Made by a program: the position numbers and the translations under genes. The notes under the pieces are model-generated. The model was not told the DNA's origin. It saw nothing but the letters and a program-made list of their open reading frames with translations, and made no database searches. Positions 50,467 through 62,366 of a stretch of 64,000 bases of DNA are shown here, one piece after another (the stretch's first letter is position 1; the number at the start of each line of letters is the position of its first letter). The DNA comes from Lama guanicoe (lineage: Eukaryota), in assembly GCA_013239625.1 (NCBI GenBank), contig MU054323.1, positions 5,817,220 through 5,881,219 on the forward strand, in the 5' to 3' direction.

Positions 50467-53400
50467 TGTGTGCCAGGCATGGTGGCATGGATGAAAATGG
50501 TGAAGAAAACACAGTCATACCCCACGCTAGGAACATTTAGTCTAGGGGAGGAGACAAAAGACAGAAGAGATGGGATTATCATGTTGATGGGACAAATGCT
50601 AAAATACAAGGATGTGCCAAGTATCAGATGAGGCCAGGAGAGGGAGTCAGGAATGGGCTGGGGTGAGGGTGACATGTGGCAAAGGGCAGGGGCAGGGTAG
50701 TGAGGGCATTTTGGGTGAGAGGTGGTATTTGGGGAATGTGACATGGTTTCCATGACTAGAATATATACCATGCTGGAAAGGGGTGTGTGTGTGTGTGTGA
50801 TTGGAGAGGACAAGCCCCGAGGAATGAGGGAGATCCAGAGGGATGGGGTGGGATGATGAAGCTGCCAAGGTGAGCATCTTCCAGGTAACGCAGGCCCTCG
50901 AGAAGAAAGTGGTGAGGTCGGCCGGATTTCCTTTTGTTGCGTGTGCCAGAGGAGTTTTCTTGGCCTCATCCGTTCCTGCTATCAGGAGATGAGATGAGAC
51001 AAAAATATCCTTATTCTTCTAGCATTGGGAAATGAAAACCTGGACTGGAATCTTAACAGGTCCTGCTGGTCTGCCTCCGCTGCTTCCCAGATACGGACAT
51101 GGCAGCTCCCAGCATCAGCAGCGTTGAGTGCTTGGTTCTGAGGGTCTCCTTGGGCTTTTTTTTGGCAGAAGTGAGAAAGTTAAGTTTCTATCTGAGTCAC
51201 TTAGGCCCTGTGCGTGAGCCCAGTCTAATAACTAATAACCTTCTGGAGAATTTCAGTCATGGATGTTTTCTGACTCACGTTCTCATTGGAATGACCTTTG
51301 GTTCCCTTTAGGCGTGTCTGACTTCCAGGCTCCTTAGGAAGTGTCATAGGGCTCTGACCTAAGGCAGCTGGGGCTGGGCTTCCTCCAGCATCTCCACACA
51401 GACCCAAGGCCTGGGGTGCCACAGGGTCAGGGAGCAGCCAGCTCACACGTGAATCTGCTTGGAGCTTGTTGAGTTAAGAAATTTCAGAGAAGAAATAGAA
51501 GGAAATCTATGCCATTGCTCTGACTTCAGGTCCCAAGCAGTGTCTCTGATTCCTGGACCAGGCTCTCATCTGCTCTCTACTGAACACACAGCCCCGTTGG
51601 TAGCGGGCACCGGTGGGCAGAGGAAGGTGAGGAGAGGAGTCAAGACTGGGTCAGAGACAAGGCAGATGGGGTTGGTGTCACCGGCCCGTGGACTGCGGAG
51701 CTCAAAGCCTGACCAGCGTGTATAAATTCTGCTGCATGGACTGAATCTGGATCGCCCTCCAGGGATGGAGAGAGACTGTAGGACCTGAAGATCACTGCCT
51801 TGAGGGAAAGGGGGCCTGCAACCCCTAGAACTGGGGACAGCACTGTGAGAATCAGAGGGAGTGGAGATTTTAGTGATTTAAAGGTATCTTGCAAGCTCTT
51901 TTGAGCACCTGGGACTGGATGAAAGGATTTCACAGATTCTTTCAGAAGATAATCACCCTGCATTTGGTGGAGGGAGAAGATGGTGGGTACCAGGCTTGGA
52001 CCACAGCATGAGCACCTTCCCAGGTCTCCTCTGCTCAGGAGTCAGAGGCGATGCTGCAGAACTCTTCTGCCAGGTCTGACGAGGCTGACTGGGGTCCAAG
52101 TGATGCTCCAAGGATTGCCTATCTCCTCCTTAGGAAGCTCACAGCTCGAGTGCCCTTTCACAAATGGGAAAATGGGCAGGTGCTGGGCCTGTCACGGGAG
52201 ATGGCTGATTCGGGCTGGTCCAGGTACCCTTCTACCTCTGCTTCTGACTGTTCGACTGTCTCCAAGTCACCTTTAATGTTGTAAACCACTGCTTGTCACT
52301 TTGCCAAATTCCTGTGCTCTTACTTAAGCGTGATTCATGCACTGGATGTTTTTGACATTTGAAGATTACTTGGTTCTTTGGGCAATTTTCTTGTTTGCCT
52401 TCAAGAAAATGCCTGCAGTTCTCTATTTCATTTGGGAAAAAGGTGAAGCCCAGGATGCGTGTAATGAACTGGTTGAACTACGAGGTGTTGGACCTGGTGA
52501 ATTTGAAGGGTGTGGCTGAGCCATAAGCCTTTTGTTCCTGAACAGATCAAGGCAACTCCTCAACCCTGTGTTAGGAATTATTTGTGAGTAAAAATTATTC
52601 TTCTGCAGAATCACGTTAGCACTGAGTTGGCCATGGGCCATCTCCATGCAGAAGCCAGCCATGGGCCAGCCTGTGAGTCGAGGAGGGCACCTGGGTGGCA
52701 CCCACCCAGCCTAGCGCTTCTGTCCCCACCATGCCCACATGCTGTGTGATCTTTGCTCTGTGGCAAAGGGCCGGTCACTCCAGACATGGATGTTGCAATA
52801 TTGTCTTCCCGCTACACCAAGCCAGGACTGCCATTTTTGGGGAGAGGTTATTAATCTGATTTCTGTAATTATGCACTCACTTATTAAGATCCACCTCTCA
52901 CCCACCCCCCAAAAAAATCCCATCCCCTTTCCAATGCCAAACTAAGTTTATACCACTGGGGAAGATAAAAGAACACCCTGGTCCCCACCTTGAAGGAAAC
53001 CACTGGCCTACCAGGGAAAGCACAGATTCATGGCCATGTACCACTCATCCTCAGATGCTTGCTAATTTTCCTGTTCATTCCCTATTTAATTAGTCCATTG
53101 CTCTCCACAGAAACCCAGTGTTCTGAACTTGGCATTTGAGGACCTTGGGTTAGCCTTGGCCACCCTCCCTTCCTCTGTCTGGCTTCCCACCCTTCCTCAT
53201 AGATTCCAGGTGAGGATTGGGTGCCCTGCTGTGGGGTAAGCTGCCATCAGCCAAAGAGAAAAGGAACTGAGGCCGTCTTTGGTAAACAGCCAGGTGGTTT
53301 CACTTTGCAGATGATCCGAGAGGAGGCTGCTGCTGGCACAGATGCCTGCGAACCCCGTGTCTGAGCCCGTCCACCCTCCCAGTTGTGGTGTTCCTCGGAT

Positions 53401-54242
53401 GGAGTCCACTCCATTAAAGCACCGGAAAACAGGGCTCTTGAAGACAGGGTAAAGGATTAGGGATAATTTCATTTCAGAAGAAAGAGGCTGAGGAGGGACT
53501 TAATTGTCTCTGAAGGGTGCTCCTGAGGAGCACAGAGATGAGTTGTTCTCCATCTCACCAAGGGAGAGAGACGACAAAGTGGGTCTCAAAGAACAAGCAG
53601 AGTTGCCAGTTAGCCCCCTGCCTGGAGGGTGCAGGGAGACTGGGCCGGAAGGTGGGCACCTCTGGAAGGGACGTTCTGGGAGAAAGAGATATCCCAGCCC
53701 TCTCTTTGAAAGAAAATTTTTAAAATCAAGAAATTCACAGAGGCAGAAAGACTGTAAGACCACGGGAGGAGGAAGGATCTCCAAGGGCTGGGAAGCTGGG
53801 CTGCAGGAGGACTGGAAACATGAACGGAACTTTTAAAAGCAGAAAACAAGGGGCGGGGGTGGACAGCAGTATGAATAGAGGTGAGAGGAGGGGATGTGCT
53901 TGCTGACTGTGTCCTGCAGGCTGGATGGAAACCATCTCAGCTGAAGCATCTCTGAGGGGAGTTGGGGCTGGAGAGGTCAGTTTAACCTTTTCCCATAGAC
54001 AGTGTGGACCCACTGGTGATGCTTCAGGAGGAGAGTGACCATTATGGGGCTCCTGGCTCTGGTTGATAATCTCCTGAGGGCAGGGATGCAGAAGAGTTTA
54101 GTCCCCAACTCCAGCCTGCAGCCTCCAGGCCCCTACTGTCAGAGACTGGTCTGCAACAAAAGAGCACGGACACTGTGTAGGGAGCTTTTCATGGAGCTAA
54201 GTACATTCCATTTAAAGTGTTGGCCTTTATTCTAAGACTGTT

Positions 54243-54700
54243 CTATCAGTCAGGATTCTAAGTAGCAAGCAACAGAAACCAATTCTGCTAATTGAAGCAG
54301 AGGAGGAATTTACTAAAAGGGTATTAGGCAGCTGAGAGTCTCCAGGAGGGTGGAAACGGGGTTCAGAGTCCACATGGCCAGAAATGACAACCAGCCATGC
54401 CCAGGTCTGACCCAGTGAAGATCCCACAGCTGCCCTGCTGGGTCAGACCTCCAGCTGTACCACCACCACCAGCTCCAAGCGAGGGGTGTTGCTCCTGCAG
54501 TGATTCTGCACCAACCCCGCTTCTTTGCCTCACAGGCTTCTGATTAAAAGTGGATGTCCATGAGTCTGATTGGTGGACAAAGGGATATTGGTGTGTTTGT
54601 CATTTGCAGCTTCTTCAGTGGAAGGTGGGTTTTGTCTCCTCAGGAAGGGCATTCCCAGACATAGATCAGGGGTTCAGGTGCTGAGAGCCGAGAGCCAAAC
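54243..54700 (-). mobile_element. Old MaLR LTR (MLT1M/N/O-like)
   Basis: tatcagtcaggattctaagtagcaagcaacagaaaccaattctgctaattgaagcagaggaggaattta. Confidence 0.7.
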
Positions 54701-54924
54701 TGAATGACTGGAGTTTTTCTGTGTCTTTTCCCTCTTTAAGTGTCTGTGCGTATCTGCTTTTGTGTGTGCCTGGTAAAAAAAATGTTCTTTCCTTTGTGAA
54801 CATGATTCATTGTTTGCTGTTTAAAACATTGCTATTAATTGGCAAAATATGAAGGTGGCAACCTGTTATTTGTCCCCAAATGTTTTAGAAGCTTAGTAAT
54901 CCTTGAGACCCAAAAGACTGGAAA

Positions 54925-55120
54925 CCATGGGGTTAGACTATGCCCTTAGGCGCCAGACAGCCTGGGTCCAAATCCCAGGGCTCGTGTGAGTGGCTTCAGA
55001 TTTATCAGGCCCCAATTTCTTATATGTACAACAAAGATCATAATCCTCAATTGTAAGAGTTGTGGCCAGCAGTGAACAGGAAAACATGGATAAAGTGCGT
55101 AACCAGCAGCCAATAAGAAA
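54925..55120 (+). mobile_element. MIR
   Basis: gccagacagcctgggtccaaatccca...caatttcttatatgtacaa. Confidence 0.65.
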
Positions 55121-55819
55121 CTAGTGATTCTGCTGGGTTGAGGGATCAAGACTGACCAGAACAGCTTTCTCGAGGCAGATCCAAAATAATCCAGGACACC
55201 TGAGACTCTGTTTGTGTCCGTGTTGGAGGTCCGCCATCATGGTAATAGGTACCTGGGGACGTCCTTAACCCCTGGGTAGCCTCATTTATTTCTTCTCTGC
55301 TAACACCTGTAGGTTGGAAAGAAGCTGTTGTGTTCCAAACATTGATGGAGCCCAGGTTCAGAAGCCCTAACCCCACAGAGCTCTGCTATTGGCAAAACAC
55401 CAGAGCAACCCAAGCCCAGCCTGGCATGGGGATTTGGTGTCTTGGGCCTGTGGTTCGGCGGGCATTGTCCCCCTTTGTCTCTCTCTCCTCCTCCTGTTTT
55501 CCTCATTTGGCAAAAGGCAAATGACTGGCCGAGGTCACCTGGCCAGTGTGCTGGCGGCAGAACCCAGAATAAAGTCCAGGCTCTATTCATGCAAATATAA
55601 GAGGTACTACGTAGAGTTACAGTCCTGAGCTGGAAGGACTACCGTCCTCTGCTGCCCATGAGGTTCATGGCACCCCGTCCTTTGGGATGTTCCTAACTCT
55701 CCATCAGTAATGCCGCCTGGAGCCATTGTCTGTGCATTTAGTGAAAGTCTTACTGGAGCTGCTGTTTCATTCACTGTGGCCTATTAGGGGTGTCTCAGTA
55801 CAGTGCCAGCCTCACTCAC

Positions 55820-56080
55820 AGGGGCCCTCCTGGTCAGGTTCCCTCTTCCCTCTCCCAGGGCTCCATCTTTGTTCTTCTCACTCTTCATAGTCTCCTTTTG
55901 AATCTTATTCTAAACTGCCAAGAACAATCCAGACCTTCAACCCAAACCCCACTGCTGACCATAAGGTCCATAAAACCAGCTCTCTGAGGATCATATCAGA
56001 AACCTGGACATCCCACAGGCACCTGCTGAAGCCGAGCCCAGCCTCACTTCCCAATCCCACCCCTAGATCTCTTCCTCCGT
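55820..56080 (+). mobile_element. L2 internal fragment
   Basis: cagggctccatctttgttcttctc...ctggacatcccacaggcacctg. Confidence 0.5.
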
Positions 56081-56439
56081 GGTCTTTGTGGCCATCCATG
56101 TTGTATGGGATGGTGTGAGCACGGGCTGTTTTAGGAACCCCCTTGGGAGGATGTGTCCTGGGTCAAGGGTAGATCTCTCTCCTTCCTGCCCCTTCCAGCC
56201 AACCTGTGGCCTGGAGGAACAGCCCGGGAAGCAGATGGAGTGCCTCGGTTTAGAAATGTTAGCCTTCAGCATGATTTAGTGCCCTGGCATTTCTGAGCTA
56301 GTTTACAGTAATCAGGCATTTGTTAATGTTCGCTTTCTCTTCCACAGACTGTTGCTGACACAGGAACTTTCTTTGTTGATTAGATTTCAGCCTGTGCTAA
56401 ACAGTGACCAGTGTGGGGTGGCGGGCGAAGCTGGACCCC

Positions 56440-56625
56440 AGCAGCTGGGGACGCCGGCACTGCCACTCGCTAACTGTGTTAGCCACCTCGCCCCTCTGCC
56501 TCTCCACTATTTCAGCAGAGAACCCGGGTACCCATACCTTCCCTTTCAGGGTTATTGTGAGGATTAAGAGAGAAAGAATGTAACACACTGTGCTTGACTC
56601 ATAGTATGCGCTTAATAAGTATTTA
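56440..56625 (+). mobile_element. MIR
   Basis: ctgccactcgctaactgtg...agggttattgtgaggattaa...atagtatgcgcttaataa. Confidence 0.75.
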
Positions 56626-58859
56626 TCCCCTTTTGACCGTCCCTTAATACCCATGTGAAGTCTGGCTTGCTGTAACAGCGGTTCCCAAAGGCACCTGATG
56701 GTACGTTAGAGTAGGAAGGAGGAGGTGTCGTGAACGTGCTTTCTTCTCTCCTCATGGGGCATTTCTGCTTTTGCCTCCTGCCCTGTCGTGTTCCCCGGCA
56801 GTATGTTTTGGAGTCTAGAGCTGTAGACTACAACTAGTAAATTGTCCTACTGACTTAATTAAAGTGGATGGAGTCAGAAGAAACCAGGCTCCTAGATTCC
56901 CAGGCCAGTATTACTGTCCCAAAGAGAAGAGATTCCATGAAGTCAGATTTGTGGCTTGACATTTTGAATCCTGCAGATACTGGCTTTACCCTCAGAACGC
57001 TCTCCTTTTCTTTTTCTTGATTTTACTAGTTCTCTCCCATCATTTGCTGCCACGCCTGGAGTTTGTGAAGGAGGGGGCCAGGCGGAGAGCTGTGTCCTTC
57101 TAGGTGACCCCCTAGGCCTGATGGGCCCTGGTTGGAGTGGGGACTGCCACAGCACCCCCTGCTGGGTGGTCGGCTTGTCTACACTTTCTAGGGGAGCCCG
57201 GGTGGGCCTGTGGCTGGATCTCTGCCACCAGTGTGACCACGTGACTGCACGGCAGTGTGTCACGCCTCCCCAGCCCTCTCTCGCTGTGCCTGTTCGGGGC
57301 AGAGAAGCCAGCTCTGGGCATGAGTGTGAGGAGGCTGGCGTGTCCTGGGCTGGCTATCCTGCCTGCGGCTCCAGGGAACGGCCCCTCGCTGGGACTCGGA
57401 GCAGGAATAGCTGACTTATCTCCTTTTAATTACTCTGGACTGGGATGGTTTATGTTATTTTCAGGGTGTCTTCTCAATTTCATCCTAAAAATATGTCTTC
57501 GTTCTATTCAGAATAGATTTTTAATTGCCCTCTCCCTGAAAAGTGATGAGCAGAATTAGTCTTTGGGATACCAGCAGCCTGAATGAGAAGTCTGGTTTTT
57601 GCTTGGTGGCCAAGGTAGCACATTAAGCAGGGCTGAGGTGGCTCCAGTCAGCCTGCACTTTGAAGGTGTCCAGTTTCTGCATAGTGGCTGCCTTCTCTTA
57701 CTCTGGGGTATTCAGTAGAGGAAAGGACTTGTGGCCAGTCTGTTATCCCATGATTGGGCGCCTGTCCCAGCCAGCTCTGGACTGGCTGGATGGCTCTCCA
57801 CAGCTCCTTTCCCCTCTCTGAGTTTCAGGGCCTCACACATGACACATCGCAGAGGCCAGATCAGTGCTTCCTCTAAACAAGAGATTCAGGCTTCTTGTGG
57901 TGACCCGCCAGGGACCGAGGGCCTGCACGGCAGCACGTGGTAGCCATTGCCTCTGCTGGGCCACTCTCACTGGCCCACCATTGGGACACTCTGGGCCAGC
58001 CGACCTGGAAGAGTCCCACTAGCCCTGACCTTGCCCACACCCCCAGGTCCACCCTGCCTGTTGACCCTCGTGGATTCCCCACACTCCACAAACAAGCAGC
58101 TCCCCTCAGCAGTTCAGAGCTGCCCCCAGCGGGAACTCACCCAACGTTTTGGTGGCCCCTCAGTCCCCAGTCTCCTTGCCTTCTTTGCTGCCCCCAAACT
58201 TTCGATGTTACCACTGCCTCTCACCCTTCTGGCTGCAAGGGTCAGAAACTCCCTTAGGGGAGAAGGAATCCCATGGGAACGGAAGACTGCTGGCTCCAAG
58301 GACCAGATCGCCCCCTTGTGTCCTCCTCGCTGACGTGGGTGTCTGCACGTCTTCACCTCAGGCCTGCTCAGGCCCAGCCTCTGTCTTTCTTCTTTTTTTC
58401 CCTGCAATCAGCTGATGCACAATGTATATTTTCTAGTGAGAATTCCAAAGGAACAGAGTCCAGTGGGCTTAGCGAATTGGCGCTGCCCCACTGGGCAGAA
58501 CTCTTTGGGCCAAAGCTTCTCCGTAGAGTGCCTGCTGGACTGAGTGTTGACTGCCTTTTGGTCAAGGGCCCGTCTCTAGTCCCACCTGTGTCCGCCCTTC
58601 TGCCAGGAATGGTCCTGCCGGGGCCACAGTCCTTGGTGTGGGCTCTGGGCAGGAGAGTGTCTGAAAAGAGCATGGTAGGTGCACACAGGCATGTATAGAA
58701 CCCATCACCTACCTAAGTCCTACCCGACCATCACATCCCAGCATAGATCCCAGCCCCTGCAAGAAGCCCCTTTGGGTTCCTCCTGCTCCTTTCCAGTCAT
58801 CAGGGACAGTACAGACACGGGGCCAGTCCCCATCTTGAAGCTTCCATCAACATTTCTTC

Positions 58860-58995
58860 CCTTAACCCAATCCTCATAACAACCTTCTGGAAACTGTATT
58901 CCCTTTTTACAAAGGGAAACTGAGGCCCAGAAAGGTCCTGTGACTCACTCAGTGGTGCAGCCGAGGCTCATCTCCACCCCATGACTCCTGCCCAG
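58860..58995 (-). mobile_element. MIR
   Basis: aatcctcataacaacc...ttttacaaagggaaactgaggcccagaaagg. Confidence 0.8.
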
Positions 58996-59358
58996 TGTTC
59001 TGTCTATCCTGTTCCCGCCCCTCTGAGCCCTTGAGCCCCTGTTTTGTGTTATACACTGGACGATGGTTGGAGCCTGTCCTTTGGCATCTCCGGGGGGTGC
59101 CCTGTGTTGTGGTGATCTCTGATGTGTCCACTGCCCACGGTGTGTCTGCTCCTCCCTACACTAGACAGGTCAGCACCAGGAGGGCAGGATGGGGCACCAT
59201 CGGGGCTCACCTGCGGGATGAAGGTGAATGGAGGTCAGATTCTTGGCAGCCTCAGCCTCTTCTTTGTCCTCTGCCTAGATGTCTTCTTCTTGAGGGAGGA
59301 AACACAGGATTTCTGGTAGAGTCTCTTCTGCTTGTCCTGAAGGTTAGAAAGTTTTAGA

Positions 59359-59597
59359 TGAGTGTGTGTGTCTGTGTGTGAGTGTGTGTGTCTCTGTGGT
59401 CCGTGTGCATGTGTCTGAGTGTGGCTCTGTGCATATCTCTGTGTGTCTGTGGGTCTGTGTGTGTATGTGGGTGTGTCTGTGAGTGTGTGTGTGAGTGTGT
59501 GTGTCTCTGTGGTCCGTGTGTATGTGTCTGAGTGTGGCTCTCTGTGTACCTTTGTGTGTCTGGGTGTGTCTCTCTGTGCCTGTGAGTGTGTGTGCTT
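59359..59597. repeat. TG-rich complex microsatellite with internal duplication
   Basis: direct reading. Confidence 0.9.
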
Positions 59598-61439
59598 GCA
59601 CAGGCAGGCAGTCAGCAGACAGAGGCGCTGCCTTGAGTTCCTGACAGATGACGCCGTGCTCCCTGTCGGGGGCCTTTAATTTCCCGTTCAGCGCCAAGCC
59701 TGTGAGGGATCCAGTCACTCGCCCACACCTCTGTCAGTAAAATGCCAACAAGCCATTTATGTCCCTGTTTCTTAGAAAATGAAAACTCAAGTCATTCAAC
59801 CATAGCAGCCTGTGAATGGGTCTTGCAGATTTACCCTCCAGTACCTGGAGACCGGCCTCTGGATCCTGGAGACTCCTGCCAGGGCGACAGGAGCCAGGGC
59901 CACCCAGTGGTCCTGCAGGGTCCCCTGGGCGTGAGCTTGGGCCTTTGATGAGGGCCTAGCCCGTGGTACCTGTGCTGAGGGGTGGTCAAGGACCTGTAAA
60001 GGATTCCAGAAGGCTCCACCCTGGGCTGGGTTAGTCCAGCTGAATGGAAAGATGTGCAGGAGCAGGCCCCACGCTGACGCTGGAGGCCATGAGAACACGC
60101 CTTGGGAGGTGTGTCTGGGTGGGTCACTGGGGGCCCTTCTGGGGGTGATGCCGACATGCTCTTGTGGCACCATCCAGGGTGGATGGCCTCCAGGTGTGGG
60201 GCGTGTGGACAGAGGGCTGGGCTCCCTCACCGCCTCGGCCCCAGCAGAGCAGGTGGCTTTGTCTAGGATCCACAAGTGGTCCCTGGAGGAGCTGTTTACA
60301 TCGTGGGAAGTGATTTTTTCCCCACCTTCTTATTGCTTCTCTTCTCTCTGGAGGAGCCCATGTGATTTTCCTAAACTGACATGTGGGCTGGGGCCCCCTC
60401 ATGGTCACCTCACGGATGGACCCTTGTGTCCAGCTCCTCCAGCATGGGGTCATTTCTCTTCACAGAGGGACTCCTTCTGCCCTGCAGGAGGCTCTCCAGT
60501 GGTCTGTTGGCCCTTGCTTTCAAATCCTCTTTGAGAATTTCTCAAACATCTGCAGAGTCAATGCTCTTGCCTCTCAAATTCCCAAGCAGTCTAAAGAAGA
60601 ACTCTGGGCTCTTCTTTCCCTCGGAGGGAAGTGGCCTCCATCATTTCTGCAGTGTCTGATTGCCCTGCAGCCTGGCGGGCCTGTTGCTGGTGGTGGGGTA
60701 GGTCAGGGGAGGCCAAGCCTCAGTGTGGGGAGGGGGTCTCAGGGGAGCATCATCCAGACCCTCACTAGCGGGGCTGTGGGAGCCTCTCATCCTCCTGGGC
60801 CGTGACTTGTGCTCAGGGACTCCCTCTGAGCTCTTCGTCTATCCTGAGTGTCCTAGGCAAGTAACCCAAACACAGCTACGTTCCCCCGTGGCCCAGGCTC
60901 CAGTGGGAAGTGCGTGAAACAACAGAACGTCTTTCTCCCTGAAGAACAATGCAGGGCTTCCTTACAGCTTTCCTCAAAAGGGTGTGTGGAATCCCACCTA
61001 TCACATCCCCAGGTGCATTCTCCAAATCCAGTTTAGAGCCTCTGACCTGGAAGTTTCCCAATTGAGACCGCTGCTCAGACTCTCCCCTCCCACTCACCTG
61101 TAGTTCATTTACTGACGGGCCCTCCTCACTCACCTCCTTCCCAGCCCTCCACCCTTCACCCCCACAGGCCTGACTTGCCGTCCCCTCCATGCACAGCCCC
61201 TGCAGGACAGTCATGTCACTCCTGCTGGATACTTCTAGGACACGTGCTTGGGGTTTACTGTTGCTAGAGGTGGCAAATGCATCTGTTTCAAATCATTTAT
61301 GTTTTAAGTCAGTAAATGACTACTTATGTAAGTTTCCCTGGCACTTTGGGGACTTCTGAGCATGTGCGTGCACATGCGTGTGTGTACCTGTGTGTATCAC
61401 CTGAGAATGCATGGCTAGTGAAGATTGGATAATCATGCT

Positions 61440-62366
61440 CATTTCTCAGTCACCGGTTGGTTTATGACTTTGGATCAATTTGACTGCTATATACTTTTAA
61501 ACTGCTTTTATTATTTGTCATATATGGTTTCACATATAGTGAAAGTGTGGCTATAAAAAGTGGCAAAGACGGAAAACATAAAGAACATTTATATTAAGCT
61601 ACCACAAGCTAATGAGGAGCCTAAGAATGATAGTTCTGAAAATTTGCCTGAGTCATTTCTTCCAGATTTGTAAGTTGTGATCATCTGATTCAAGTTCTTA
61701 TATAGGTCTTCTAAATGTCTTTAGTATGTCAAATGAGGGGGGAAAAAGGTGTAGGGTTGGAGTCCACAGAAAATACAGAGAAAGTTTAGCTAGGTTGTCT
61801 TTTTATTGATTGGGATATTACAAGCAATATGTTATTTTGAAGAACTTATAAATCTCTCTCTGAATCCTGCTTTGTCTTATCATTTAGATAACATGTGAAC
61901 ATTACAAAAATAGTGCAGTTGATTTTCTTACACTCAAAATGTGAGAATTCTAAAGATCAGGTCACAAAATACAGGTTTTATCTATTTTTAAAGCTGATGC
62001 ATATAATTAAGTTTCAATTATGTTTTAAATGTATGTTGGTTTCAGAATCAAAATGTCATGTTTTATTTGTCAACAAATCAGTCTTCCCTTGCACAACTAA
62101 TTTAAAAGAAATGAAATGTTGTGTGCAACTTGTTAAATGGAAAAATGCTGAAATGTGTCCTTATATATTATGAACGTTATTAAAAATTATCTTTTAATGC
62201 TCACTTAATATAATCTTTCAATAATGTACTCATATAAAATATTTAACTAAAAATCTTTTTTTACCGTAAGCCATGCAAAAGTGATAAAATGATATGAGGG
62301 GGTTCGTGAAATTATAGATTATCGTGAACAGAGTTCATTAGTCAAAACCGGGATTGGAAATGCTGA
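61440..62366 (-). mobile_element. Ancient hAT (Charlie-like) DNA transposon remnant
   Basis: AT-rich block ending in a hAT-type terminus gggggttcgtgaa...gattggaaatgctg|atctaga; minus strand near 61520-61565 loosely resembles the hAT dimerisation motif (..CET..). Confidence 0.5.
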
